A stretch of DNA of 64,000 nucleotides, from the NCBI RefSeq assembly GCF_037042905.1, contig NC_087245.1:26848001-26912000 (forward strand), read 5' to 3'. The translations under genes were made by a program, and so were the position numbers. Position 1 is the first letter of the stretch. Each line of letters opens with the position of its first letter. Shown piece after piece: positions 14,900-28,200 of the stretch. Under the pieces are notes generated by a model. The model was given only the letters and a program-made list of their open reading frames with translations, made no database searches and was not told the origin of the DNA. Source of the DNA: Lytechinus pictus (lineage: Eukaryota).

Positions 14900-17800
14900 C
14901 AAAAACAACAAAGGGAAAAGAAAAGAAACATAGAAAAGCAATACAGGTCTGTTCGTCTACATTACCCAAAATCTAATAGATTCCATTAAAAAAAAATCTA
15001 TACATAGTAGTGTCCCTATAAGCAATACACTTTTCTGTTTGGTACACTTGTTTTAATTTTCTGATAAACAAGTCAAAACAAGGAAGGATATTAATATATC
15101 TACACAGATATAAAGTTTTCTTTGCTACAATAAGGCAATGATTCAATAACACATCTTGCTTGTTTTTAATTCCGAATAAAATCTCTTCATCCTTTACTTG
15201 GATAATTTCTTTTTTAAATTTAGTATGCCACCATCTTAGAAATTCATTCCAAAAATCTCGAGCATGCGAACATTCTACCAACAGGTGTTCAATTGTTTCC
15301 TGTTCTTGTTTACAAAAAGAACACATCTCATCGTCTACAACTTTCATTCTCTTTAACTTTGCATTTACTAGTAGGCATCTTGTATTTATTTTATATTGAA
15401 ATATTCTTGTTCTTGTATCTGGAATAACTTTAAAAGGCGACTCATAAATAAAACTAAAATCATCTTCACTTATATCATACCTTGATCTCTAATATATTTC
15501 AGAAGTAGGGGTTTGGTATTTATTTTCTTTTAATATCATATTTATGATCTTGGTTGACAATTTTGATATAAACATTTTTATTACCAAAAACTATAAAAAT
15601 ATCTAACTTTTTAAACAAATGTCGCCTCGAAACAACGAGCTTTAACTGTCTGTGGAATAGCAGAAACAATTGAACGCCAAAGAAGATAGTTTTTAAAGCT
15701 AACAGTGACAGATCATCTGTAAATCCAAGACAACCCAAATAAGTTGCCGTTTCTGCAAAGTTTGTAAATGTTAGGATAGGTAAAATATGATTCGAAAAAC
15801 ATTGACAAATGTAAGATATTTACATTAACAATTAGAACGTGACTCTTCTTTTCCAAACTGTCACACGCGATATTTGAGGATAATACAATAGAAAATGTAA
15901 TCTCGGCTGGTATAAGAAAATCTTTGTATTGTATTATGCTGAACTGGGTTAGTAGACCTATTTGCGAGAGACATGCGAGACATAAATAGTATTAAAGAAA
16001 ATCGTCACGTGCAAATAATACACGTGCAAATCATTTTTTTTTTAAACGTTTTTATGTTTTTATTAAGTATAACCATCTCATACACATATTACAAAACAAG
16101 TGTACAGTATGGATAAGTTACATTTTGATAACAAAAATACATACAATAACAACAAAGGGAAAAGAAAAGAAACATAGAAAAGCAATGCAGGTCTGTTCGT
16201 CTACATTACCCAAAATCTAATAGATTCCATTAAAAAAAAATCTATACATAGTAGTGTCCCTATAAGCAATACACTTTTCTGTTTGGTACACTTGTTTTAA
16301 TTTACTGATAAACAAGTCAAAACAAGGAAGGATATTAATATATCTATACAGATATAAAGTTTTCTTTGCTACAATAAGGCAATGATTCAATAACACATCT
16401 TGCTTGTTTTTAATTCCGAATAAAATCTCTTCATCCTTTACTTGGATAATTTCTTTTTTAAATTTAGTATGCCACCATCTTAGAAATTCATTCCAAAAAT
16501 CTCGAGCATGCGAACATTCTACCAACAGGTGTTCAATTTTTTCCTGTTCTTGTTTACAAAAAGAACACATCTCATCGTCTACAACTTTCATTTTCTTTAA
16601 CTTTGCATTTACTAGTAGGCATCTTGTATTTATTTTATATTGAAATATTCTTGTTCTTGTATCTGGAATAACTTTAAAAGGCGACTCATAAATAAAACTA
16701 AAATCATCTTCACTTATATCATACCAGGGGCGGATCCAGCTTTCGCCAATAGGGGGGGGGGGGGCCGAAAAATATTTTCATCAACATTTTTCTCGATTGG
16801 CCGCTATAATCTGATTATTATTATTTTTTTTTTGGGGGGGGTTTCAGGGGGTAGTCCTAACTAGAGACTAAAGTTTTAAGTATATGTTAGTTTTTATTGT
16901 TATAAACAAGATAAGGTATCTCATGTGGTCTTAAAAACTCTTAATATATAATGCGAGCGCGAAGCGCGAGCTCAAATTCTTTGATATTTTATGTCCTTAG
17001 ACCTGACGATTCTGAGGAGATTTTATAATCATGAAAAAGATAAGTATCCAACTAAACAATGCGAGCGCGAAGCGCGAGCCGAAATTTTATCATAGTAACG
17101 TGAAAAGGGACTCAATTAGGAGTGTTTTTAGTGATTAATGAAGAGGATACAAGTATCATCAATTAAATAATGAGAGTGCGAAGCGCGAGCTCAAAATTTT
17201 TGATATTCCGACCTGAAAACTGGACAGTCTAAGCGCGTTTGTATTTAAATACAGAAAAAGCTGTGTGTGTCAAACAATTAAATGCGAGCGCGAAGCACAA
17301 GCTCAATTTTTTGATATACTGACATGACAAAGGAGCATTTTGACAAATTTTGGTAAGAATTTCCAAAGACGATAGGTAACTCACAAATCAAACAATGCGA
17401 GCGCGCAGCGCGAGCTGAAAATTTTGATATAAACAATTTGTGTAAAACAAACAAAATAATTAAAGCTTGATGTGCGAGCTAAAATATTGTGTGCAAATTG
17501 ATTTCAGATCTGGATATATAAGTGTCATTTAATCCTCTTGAATGGGATTCATTGGCACGGGCAATGCGAGCGCGAAGCGCGAGCGAAATTTTTTATATAA
17601 AGTTCTTTTTCCAATTCTTCCCCTCACCCTTTTCTTGTTTCCTTTCGGGGTCGGGCCGGCCGTTACGAGGTTGTAAATTACACATCCTGGGTATGATACC
17701 TCTTTCCTACTTTTCTTTAGTGTTTTTCCTATAGTACACTTTTTCTGCAGGTTGTCAAAAATAGGGGGGGGGGGCCGGGGCCGGCTCGGCCCCCTCCTGG

Positions 17801-18800
17801 ATCCGCGCCTGCATACCTTGATCTCCAATATATTTCAGAAGTAGGGGTTTGGTATTTATTTTCTTTTATGATCTTGGTTGACAATTTTGATATAAACATT
17901 TTTTTATTACCAAAAACTATAAAAATATCTAACTTTTTCAACAAATGTCGCCTCTCGAAACAACGAGCTTTAACTGTCTGTGGAATAGCAGAAACAATTG
18001 AACGCCAAAGAAGATAGTTTTTAAAGCTAACAGTGACAGATCATCTGTAAATCCAAGACAACCCAAATAAGTTGCCGTTTCTGCAAACTTTGTAAATGTT
18101 AGGATAGGTAAAATATGATTCGAAAAACATTGACAAATGTAAGATATTTACATCAAAAATTAGAACGTGACTCTTCTTTTCCAAACTGTCACACGCAATA
18201 TTTGAGGATAATACAATAGAAAATGTTATCTCGGCTGGTATAAGAAAATCTTTGTATTGTATTATGCTGAACTGGGATAGTAGACCTATTTGCGAGAGAC
18301 GTGCGAGACATAAATAGTATTAAAGAAAATCGTCACGTGCAGATATTACACGTGCAAATAATTTTTTTTAAACGTTTTTATGTTTTTATTTAGTATAACC
18401 ATCTCATACACATATTACAAAACAAGTGTACAGTATGGATAAGTTACATTTTGATAAAAAAAAATACATACAAAAACAACAAAGGGAAAAGAAAAGAAAC
18501 ATAGAAAAGCAATACAGGTCTGTTCGTCTACATCACCCAAAATCTAATAGATTCCATTAAAAAAAAATCTATACATTGACAAACGTACGATATTTACATT
18601 AAAAATTAGAACGTGACTCTTCTTTTCCAAACTGTCACACGCGATATTTGAGGATAATACAATAGAAAATGTAATCTCGACTGGTTTAAGCAAATCTTTG
18701 TATTGTATTATGCTAAACTGGGTTAGTAGACCTATTTGCGAGAGACATAACTAGTATTAAAGAAAATCGTCACGTGCAAATAATACACGTGCAAATCATG
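14900..18800 (-). repeat. Tandem amplification (~1244-bp unit, two copies plus a deleted third) of an L1/Tx1-type LINE 3' fragment and adjacent block
   Basis: ORFs 14973-15347 and 16217-16591 are near-identical and carry zf-RVT CSFC..ETIEHLLVEC..FW. Minus-strand AATAAA and poly(A) near 16035-16065 and 18362-18390. Confidence 0.85.
16725..17811. mobile_element. MITE with CAGGGGCGGATCCAG-type TIRs and internal GCGAGCGCGAAGCGCGAGC repeats
   Basis: 5-bp TSD CATAC (16720-16724, 17812-17816). The empty site is visible in the first tandem unit near 15476-15490. Confidence 0.85.
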
Positions 18801-18895
18801 ATAACTATGAATATGTGTCACACGCGATATTTCAGGATAATAAACGTAGAAATATCAATAATCTACCTTGTCTATACTGTGTTGGTAGGCCCCTG

Positions 18896-19052
18896 GGGCC
18901 CGTTTCATAAAGGACTTGCAACTGTTGAAACTTTGCCATAATGGCAACTACCATGGATACAGGGCTTAGCAGCCAATCATTATCAAGGTTTCCATGGTAG
19001 TTGCCATAATGACAAAGTTACAACAGTTGCAAGTCCTTTATGAAACAGTCCC
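18896..19052. mobile_element. Palindromic Harbinger-type MITE directly upstream of the P450
   Basis: ~65-bp inverted arms GGGCCCGTTTCATAAAGGACTTGCAAC...; TSD CTG; central AGCCAATC. Confidence 0.85.
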
Positions 19053-19237
19053 CTGAAGGTCATATGCGAGACATGAATAGATATATAATAGAAAATCGTC
19101 ACATGCAAATATCTGCATTACATACGCGAACAAAGAAGGATGGCTGTGACCTTTTTCAAACGTATAAAATGCATTATGTATGTGAATCTCGGCGCACTCT
19201 GAAAGCATCAGAGAAAGCTTGAGGTAGTGGATCGAGA

Positions 19238-22200
19238 ATGTCATTCAACGCGATGATGAAACTTCTTTGGCTGGTGATGGTGGTCATGATAATGACCACG
19301 AGCAGCAATGGGGGCAAAGTCAGACCTAAACCCATTAACGATCGGTCGGACGAGAACGATTCGGACGACAGCAGATCTGACGAGAGTGACGAAACCCAGC
19401 CCGATCAAAATCTTCCACCCGGTCCTTCTTTTCCTTCTCCTAGTTGGTTCCTTTTCCTGAAATTATTTTTGAAAGATCTTCCGCCAACTGTAAGTATTAT
19501 ATGATAACTTGATTGATTTTAGCATTATCTCTTTCTTTGATCCTTTCTAAACGAAGATTGCTTCATTAAAATGTACTTGATTCAAAGAAAGATTTTTTCA
19601 AGCTTTTTCTTAAACATCAAAATGTTTTAGCAGCTCTTAATCTGCCAAAGAGGAAAGTGCTGAAATCATTTTCTTCTATAATTTATATTAAAAGCTTTTT
19701 GTAATTCATTTCATTTCATATTCCTTAATTTTCTCCATTTTCAACACCAAATTAAATGCCAAAACAATAAGTAAATACAACGTTCAGGAAATGACTCTTG
19801 GATGGAGAAGTTATTAAAATGAACATTGAGAGGCGTGCCAGATAATGGCGAGAGTGAGAAGTATCTTTCCTGATAAGTAGTGTAGTTCTTATACAGGACT
19901 GTAAATCAGATGACTTGGAGTAGAAGAGAACTGTGATGAGTTGAGAAGGAGCGACTACGGTGACGGACAGCCAAGCTGCTCAGAACGCCGAGACGCCTCA
20001 TCGGACATCCACTCTCCGCCGACTCTTCTACTCTTCGTCGTTCACCTTCTCATTATTGTCAGGACTTCACCTACTCCTGTCATCTCTCTCTATACATTTT
20101 ATATAGACACCGGCATATGAGCAGCTCTTTCAGGTTGCTCAAAAGAACATGGAACTTGGACTTGATGGTGGGATTCTTCAACTCGACGTCGACTATATCG
20201 GAACAAAGATGGCATTCATCAACAACATTGATTACTTGAGAGAGGCATTTGAACAAGATATATTCTTAGATATGGACATCAAGGCCAGCTATGCCAATTT
20301 ACCGCTGCCGTTGGCTGGTACGTATAAATCTTAATAAAGAAACCTTTGTACACATAATGAGCAGAACAACATTGATTCACATTAACCTTTAAAAATTTCG
20401 TATTAAGTGGGTGCTCATTAAATAGAATAAAATTGATTTTCATCACATAATAGACCGTGCTATTCCGGTGTTCGAGCTGATGATGCCATACCCCATTATC
20501 ATCTTATTTTGTTATATGAAACCATACACTCTTAAAAATGTTGGGCAACATATACTGTCCACAAAATAATTGGTTAAAACTTTATCAAATTCTGGGTAGT
20601 TTTAAACCAATGATGTGTGCTTTTGGCGAAAACTACACAGTATTGGTTGAAAACTACCAAGAGTTTGATAATTTTTTAACCAATTGTTGTGTGAACAGTA
20701 TGTTGCCCAACATTTTAAGAGTGTAGACGGGTCCAAGTTTTGGCAAGGGGGGGGGGGGGCGTGCGGGTCGAGTGTTTTTGCCTGTTTTGCCTACAAAAAT
20801 CATCACAAAAACATGATTATATATCACGTCGGAAAATCGAAGAGGCGCCCTGTGACGTTTTATCAAACAATACAATATTACTTGGATTAAGGAAGATGAA
20901 AGGACTTTTTATTAGAAAAAAGCATATATATAAAGAAAGTGCGATCGAAAGCGCGACCCAGTTTTCTTTCTTTTATAGCCTAGAAACGGAGTGATTGAAT
21001 ATAATTATCTGGTATCATGATGACGATCTATTTCGCGGTTGGAGAATGGCTGATATCACTGACCGCAAGGAAAGTCTGTAGTGATTCAGACCTGAGGTAA
21101 AGACTAAATAAGCTGGAAGGGGGTTACGAAATTATTTTGTTACTGCCCATATATCTGCAATTATAACTGTACAAAAATTTGGTTTAAAAATATGCAAATA
21201 AAAGTAACATTACTTGAAAGAAAGGAGACTATCGCATGTGCCGTTGCTGAAAAAGAAGTACCGATTAGATTTCACCGTCGCCGTTGTTGAAATCAATAGA
21301 TGCCGATTAGTTTTCATCGTTGAAATTAATAGACCCCAATTAGCTTTAACGGGTGCTGGTATTAACATTCATTAGGCGCCAATTAGTTTTAGCCGGCGTC
21401 AGTGTTGAAATTAAGTAGCGCCGATAAGTATTCACCGGCACCGTTACTAAAACCAATAGACGCTGATTAGTTTTCTCTAGTGAAATCAATAGGCACCAAT
21501 TAGCTTTAACCGGCGCCGGTATTGAAATCATTATGCGCCAATTAGTTTTAATCGGCGTTGGTGTTGAAATTGCGTAGCGCCGATATATTCGCCGGCCCCC
21601 AACGTTAGAATCAAGAGGCTTTTTTTTCACCAGCGAAGTTAATGCGACATTTTTTTTAATCACTTCGCTGACGCTTTCTATAACGCAGAGAATCCTTTAT
21701 CAAAAGCCCTTCAAGCAGCCTTTGTCAAAAATCGGATAATCAAAACAGCAGTGTCGTCCTGGATTCTGGACAAACGACATAATTATTTGCATATTTTTTC
21801 TGGTCTGCATCTTAAGACGATGTGCTTTCCCGGTCCACGAACTGTCGACAGTGACCACTGATTTCATGGGCATATTCTATAGATTATGAACGTTGCAAAA
21901 AGCGTCGGCGAAGTGGATGCTAAAATACGCCATCGAAATCAATAGACGACGATTAGTTTTCACCGGCACAAGGGCGCAATAGGGCCAATTAATTTAAACC
22001 GGCGCGCCGGTTTCGTCGCCGGTGTTGGAATTGAGTAGCGCCGATATGTATTCAACGGCGCCGGTATAGAATCAAGACGCTTTGATTGGTTTTTATCGGC
22101 GGCGGTTGAGAGGCAAACAGCACCGATATTTCTTGAACTGGTGCCGACGTTAAGTGGCGCTAATTATTCTTGATCGACGCCGATTTAAAGTCAGGCAGCG

Positions 22201-25200
22201 CCGTTTTTTTTTCTTGATCGGCGCTGATTGATAACCAGTTGGCGCTGATTACTATTGATTGGCACCGGCTATGACACAGGAAGCCCTAAATATTCTTAAC
22301 CAGCGACGGTTTAGAACCAGAAAAAAAAAGAACAAAGAAAACATATTAGGACGATTCAATCTTTATTTTTTTAGCAGTGTCGAAATAGCCCCCCCCCCCC
22401 TCCTGGATCTGCCAATGGAAATTGTTTTCCCTTTCTATGTAAAGAATTAATTTTCTTCATTTTTATGATTGAAACATGCATGGACTGTTCACATGGGGGC
22501 GTCACTTGGACATTTTGATGGAGAGTGAAGACCAAGATTTCGTTGCGATGGTGCCTACAGATATGTTTCACGCCCCTCCCTCCCGCGTGCATGACATTGA
22601 ATTTCAAACAATACGTCTGTGGATCGGTATGCCTCTTATATATTTTTCTGTGAAACTTTCTACAATGAGGAGAGAAATTTCTTATTTGAGAGCGAGCCAT
22701 GGATATCGGCATATCATGTAGGTAAACAAAAAACAGGAGTTATTTATTTTGTAAAAATTTCTTTGCAAATCAAAAAAATACATGACAAAATTTATATTGA
22801 TACCTGGCTTCGTCAAAATTGTATACACTGTCATTAATTTTTACAAGCGAGCGAGCGAGCGATGCAAGAAAAGGGTATACATTTACAGTGTCGCAAGATC
22901 AAATACAGCAGGGACAATGGTAAAGTTCGACCATCTCGCTCATCTTTATATTATTTTTTACTTTCCAAAACTATACTTAAGCAAAGGCAGATCCAGGGGG
23001 CCCGAGGGCCCCTGGCCCCCCTATTGGCGGAGCAAGAAAAAAAGAAAAAGGGGGAAAAGATCAGATGGCAAGATCTTGTCATCTGATCATCTCTCCCACA
23101 GGATGTAGACATGACGAGATCCGAGATCTTGCCATCTGATAATCTCTCCTAACATGCCTAAACGATATAGATATGACGAGTCCAAGATCTTATCATCTGA
23201 TCATCTTTCACACATGATGTAGACATGACGAGATCCAAGATCTTGTCATCTGATCCTCTCTCCCACAGGATGTAGACATGACGAGATCCAAGATCTTGTC
23301 ATCTGATCATCTCTCACACGGGATTTATGCATGGCGAGATCTAAGATCTTGTCATCTGATTATCTCCCCCATGGGATGTATACATGACGAGATCCAAAGG
23401 CGCCGCTCAAAAAAAAAAAAAAAAAAAAGAAAGAAAAGGCGCCACTTGAAAAAATGAAAATAAAGGAAAGTAAAGAAAAGGCGCCAATTAAAAAAATTAT
23501 ACACTGATATAATATTAGCAACAGTAAAGGAAAGACTATCCCCCCAAAAAACACAATCATATCATCTCCCTTATCTTTTCTTTTAACTACCCTTTTCCCA
23601 ACAACTTCGCCGGTTGAAAATAATCAGCAGTGCGCTGCTTGCATATAACTGGCGCCAATCAAGAATGATCAGCGCCACCTAAATCTGAATTGGCGCCGGA
23701 CAAGAATAATCAGCGCCATTTGGTTATAAATCGGCGCCAGTCAAGAAAAATGGGCACTGCCAGAGTCTTAACCGTCGCCGATTAAAAATAATCAGCTCCA
23801 CCTAAATCTAAATCGGCGCCGGGCAAGAATAATCGGCGCCATCTGGTTATAAATCGGCGCCGGTAAAGAAAATCGGCGCTGCCTGAGTTCTTAACCGGCG
23901 CCGATCAAGGATAATCAGCGCCATCTATATCTAAATCGGGGCTGGTCAAGAATAATCAGCGCCATCTGGTTATAAATCGGCGCTGCCTGAGTCTTAACCG
24001 GCGCCGATCAAGAATAATCAGCTCCACCTTAATCTAAATCGGCGCCGGACAAGAATAATCAGCACCACCTGGTTAAAAATCGGCGCCAGTCAAAAATAAT
24101 CGGCGCCTCCTGGTTCTAAATCGGCGCCAGTCGATTATGAATTGTCCGCTGCCTGAATCTTACGTGACGTCGGTAAAAATAATCAGCACTTACTTGTTCT
24201 AAATCGGCGCCGGTCAAGACAAATCGGCACTGCCTTTGTCTTAACCGGCGCCACCTAAATCTAGATCGGCGCCGGTCAAGAATGATCAGCGGCACCTGGT
24301 TATACATTTTATTTTGAATGGTCATAACGAATAACAAAGCTAATCGCATGCCCTTACAGAGTGGACTGAGTGGGGCGGGGCAGTTGCCCACAGATGTCAT
24401 GAAATCTTTAATTTGTTATTTAAAAAATCCCAGAATCATACAAAAGTGTAGAGCAAATCCTTTAATTCTGATCTTATTTTCCAATGCTTTAATAAGAAAA
24501 GGGTCAGTCACTTTTCCTTTTTACACATTCCACATTGTGCCACCTCTATGGCCTTTATTGTAAGACAGCTACTATCATGACTATAGTGTTTTATGAAGAT
24601 GATTCGATATTTTAGTCCAAAACTTTGCTAAAACCCGTTGCTAATACCGGGAGTGTATAATTACGCAAACAGACGTATATTCGTTAGACCTTAAACCACT
24701 AAATATCATTATCAATGTATAAATACAGTTTGTCAATACCTTTGTTTTAACGTTTAAATGTTTACGCCACAAAATTTGATTTATTTTCATCTTTCATTAA
24801 GTTAAATATTATTCATCTGATCACTCAGGAAGAAGTTAAAAAAAATAACGATACTTGTAAAACTGGAGAACTATTTCCAAAGCTCTGTCTTGAAGGATCT
24901 CTTTCTGAATTCAGGTCATAAACATTATATCCAGTTTCATCAAAGTAATTAGATAAAAATTACTCATCATTACAAATTGCATTATATTTAGTGAAAAGCA
25001 TCAATATATATATATATATAAATACCAAATCTGTATATAGGCCTGTACATCATGTACATGAAAATTGAATGATAATATATAAACCTGGATTGGTGACGTA
25101 TTCCAAATGATTCATGATGTAGTATCATTGTATAAACAGAGGCGTCGATCCTGGGGGGGGGGGGGGGCAGGGGGGCGATCGCCCCACCAATGAAAATATT

Positions 25201-28200
25201 GATGGGGCAAACATATCCTTTTGCCCCCCCCCCCAATGATTCCGCATGTGCAAAAATAAAATAAGATGGTAATGTTACACAGAAATCAGCAAGCGAGATT
25301 GAGCTACACAACTCGTTCTTTATCTAAAATCATGCTCAAATCCGCTTTTCAGATTGGAATATAAAAATTTTAAGCTCGCGCTTCGCGCTCGCATCATTTC
25401 TGTAGCAAAACCCTATACTTTCCATGATTAAATAGGTGAATAGAATGTCCCGTTTTCAGTTCTTAACCTTAAAAGAACACCCGCTTCGATTTGCAATAAT
25501 CTTTTGTTGGATATAATCCTGTTCTTTATTAAAAACTTCCATTAAACTGTCATTTTTTTTTCAGATCGAAATATCAAAATTTTAAGCTCGCGCTTCGCGC
25601 TCGCATCTATTGTTTTTTTAGATACCCATCTTAATCATTGGTACCAAAAATGCTTAGAATATCAAGCTTTCTGGTCAGAATATAAAGAAATTTCAGCTCG
25701 CCCTCGGCACTCGCATTATCTGTGTAGTGAGATATGTATCCTCCTCATGAGTTACTACAAACAGTCCTAAACAGGCACCTTTTTCCTGTTTTCAGGTCAG
25801 TATACTAAAAAATTTCAGCTCGCGCTCGCATCAATTTGTTGGTGAGATATGTGTCTCTATCTCATGAGTCTTATAAATAAATAAATATATATATATATAT
25901 GCACATGTGTGTGTGCGTGTTTGTGTGTGAGTTTGTTTGTTTTGTGTGATCGAGCGCCTTTGGAAAGTTGATTCATGATTTTGCCCCCCCCCCCCCCATT
26001 CTGAAAAAAGGACCGACGCCCCTGTGTATATATATATATAGTAAAAAAAAATTGTATCTCAGTTAAAATAACAAAAGTATTGGCCTCATCGCAATAAAAG
26101 GGTTAGTACACGAGATTTTGAAATCGCACATAACATGCATAATTTGTGTTACTTTTTGCTTGTTTCTTTCTTTAATAAGTTTTTCAATCTCTCTCTATAT
26201 ATATTTTAGAAAGATTATATGTTTGAATTGATGTATATTTTCTGTTATAATGAGATATGTTTAAGTGGACTTCAGGGAATGGTCGTACGCAGCAAGGGGG
26301 AGGGGGGCAAATTCCCGATCAGCTGAGTTGTGAAAACACTTTTTTTCCTTAACATTTCATGAAAACTATGAAAAATGTGCAAATGTGAGATGTGCACCAA
26401 ATACTTTTATTACACTTGTAAAAAAAATAATCACCCCATTGAGCAGCTCGGTCCGTTTACTCTATCGTTTCTATTTTACTTTTTTAAATAAGTTCGAGGC
26501 TTGCTCCCCCCCCCCCGGAAATATTATCTGCGTGTGGTCGTGCAAAATGGCATGACTGGAAATCATACATTTTGAAAAGAGCATTTGACAGGGTCAGACT
26601 TTACCCCTTTTTCAACATTTTCTTTTATGGCGACGGTTAAGTGCAAAAATATGTGCGCCGCTCGGCAGTGCGCCCCCCCCCCCCCCCTTTCGCCAAAAGC
26701 TGGATCCGCCTATGCTTGGGTCTGGCCGTGCCGGGAATTGAACCCCGGACTTTCATTGTTTTGTCTGGCGCATTAATATTACTCGGCCACGGCACCTCTC
26801 CAATTAAGGGAACGAGTGTTGGTTGAAGTGTAAATTATAAAATCAAGCAATAAAGATCAAATCTAAAACCATACATTTCTATCATATTTTTGCTCCACAG
26901 ATCTTTTTGATTTGGTCACCTCACTTTTCAATCAACAAAACGAGCAACAAACTCCTTTTTTTGTATATTCTCGACAAGGTCCATTTGTCAATATTTGTCA
27001 AATGCACTGATACGATGAGAAAATGATTCTGTTCATCTTTACTTAATTTTATTGAAACGGAGAACAGTTTCAAATCAGATCCGGGATGATTCTTCAGGTT
27101 GTCTGAACTGGCGGGGAATCTACAGTGCGTTGGCGCCAAGTGGTAACTTTGATTTCCCGCCAGTTCCGCTCCCTCACTTAACATCGACTATACAGTACTC
27201 ATTTGACAGCTTAATTCAGATTTGTGTACAACGGTCAGAGCATAAAACCGCCTCCACCGCACGTAGGGCAAAATCATTCCCTTGTCATGTCTAGAATATC
27301 CATATCCTGTTAAATTAACATTTCAACTCTTTTTCGATACAGGTACTATTCGAAACAATGGATCGGCTCATAAAGAAATCAAAGACTTTGTCATGCTCAC
27401 CATCAAGAACCCTGACTTCATGAAGGAAATTGTAGCTCCACGGATCGACGAGGCGATTCTAGTCTTGATAGATAAGTTGAAGGAAAGCACTGGCGATGTT
27501 ACGGTCATCGAATCGCTGCTAGGTTACAGCCAAGACATCTTTCAACGCATGGCCTTTGATGAACCTGGCAGTTATGATTTCTCACCAGGGTCTTTTGGAT
27601 CCAACCTCAATGCTATAACGTACCAATTGTTTGGACCAATCTTATTTACTCCCAGACCAGGCGATACATCCGAGGTGAGGATTTCTTCTTTTCAGTTTGT
27701 GACCAATCGACAGTATGGGTGTGCGGCCCCTAAGACCCACCTTTGACGCCTTGCCAGTCGTTCATAAGCATATCATTTCACGCTTTTGATTGGACAACGC
27801 GTTCTCCCCGGGTCCTTTATTTCCAAAACACCCCATTGTTAGAGAGCGGTCAGTTATTAAAGGTCAAGTCCACCCCAGAAAAATGTTGATTTGAATCAAT
27901 AGAGAAAAATCAAACTAGCACAACACCGAACATTTCATCGAAATCGGATGTAAAGAAAGTTATGACAGTTAGAAGTTTCGATTATTTTTCACAAAATGTT
28001 ACTTACTCATTATTTCTTTTGTGTTTTATTGTTTGAATTAAACAATATTTCAGTTTTACAGATTTGACAATAATGACCAACTTGACTGAACCACAATATG
28101 TTAAACAATGTTAAACAATATTAGTTCCACATCAGATCATTGAGGAATAAAACTTTATTTCCCGAGGAGAAAATTAAAATATTTCGTGTAATAAAATATA

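Noticed and set aside
23059..23397. CRISPR-like array
   Set aside because: The variable parts are homologous rather than unique spacers, no cas genes are present, and the context is a eukaryotic intron.
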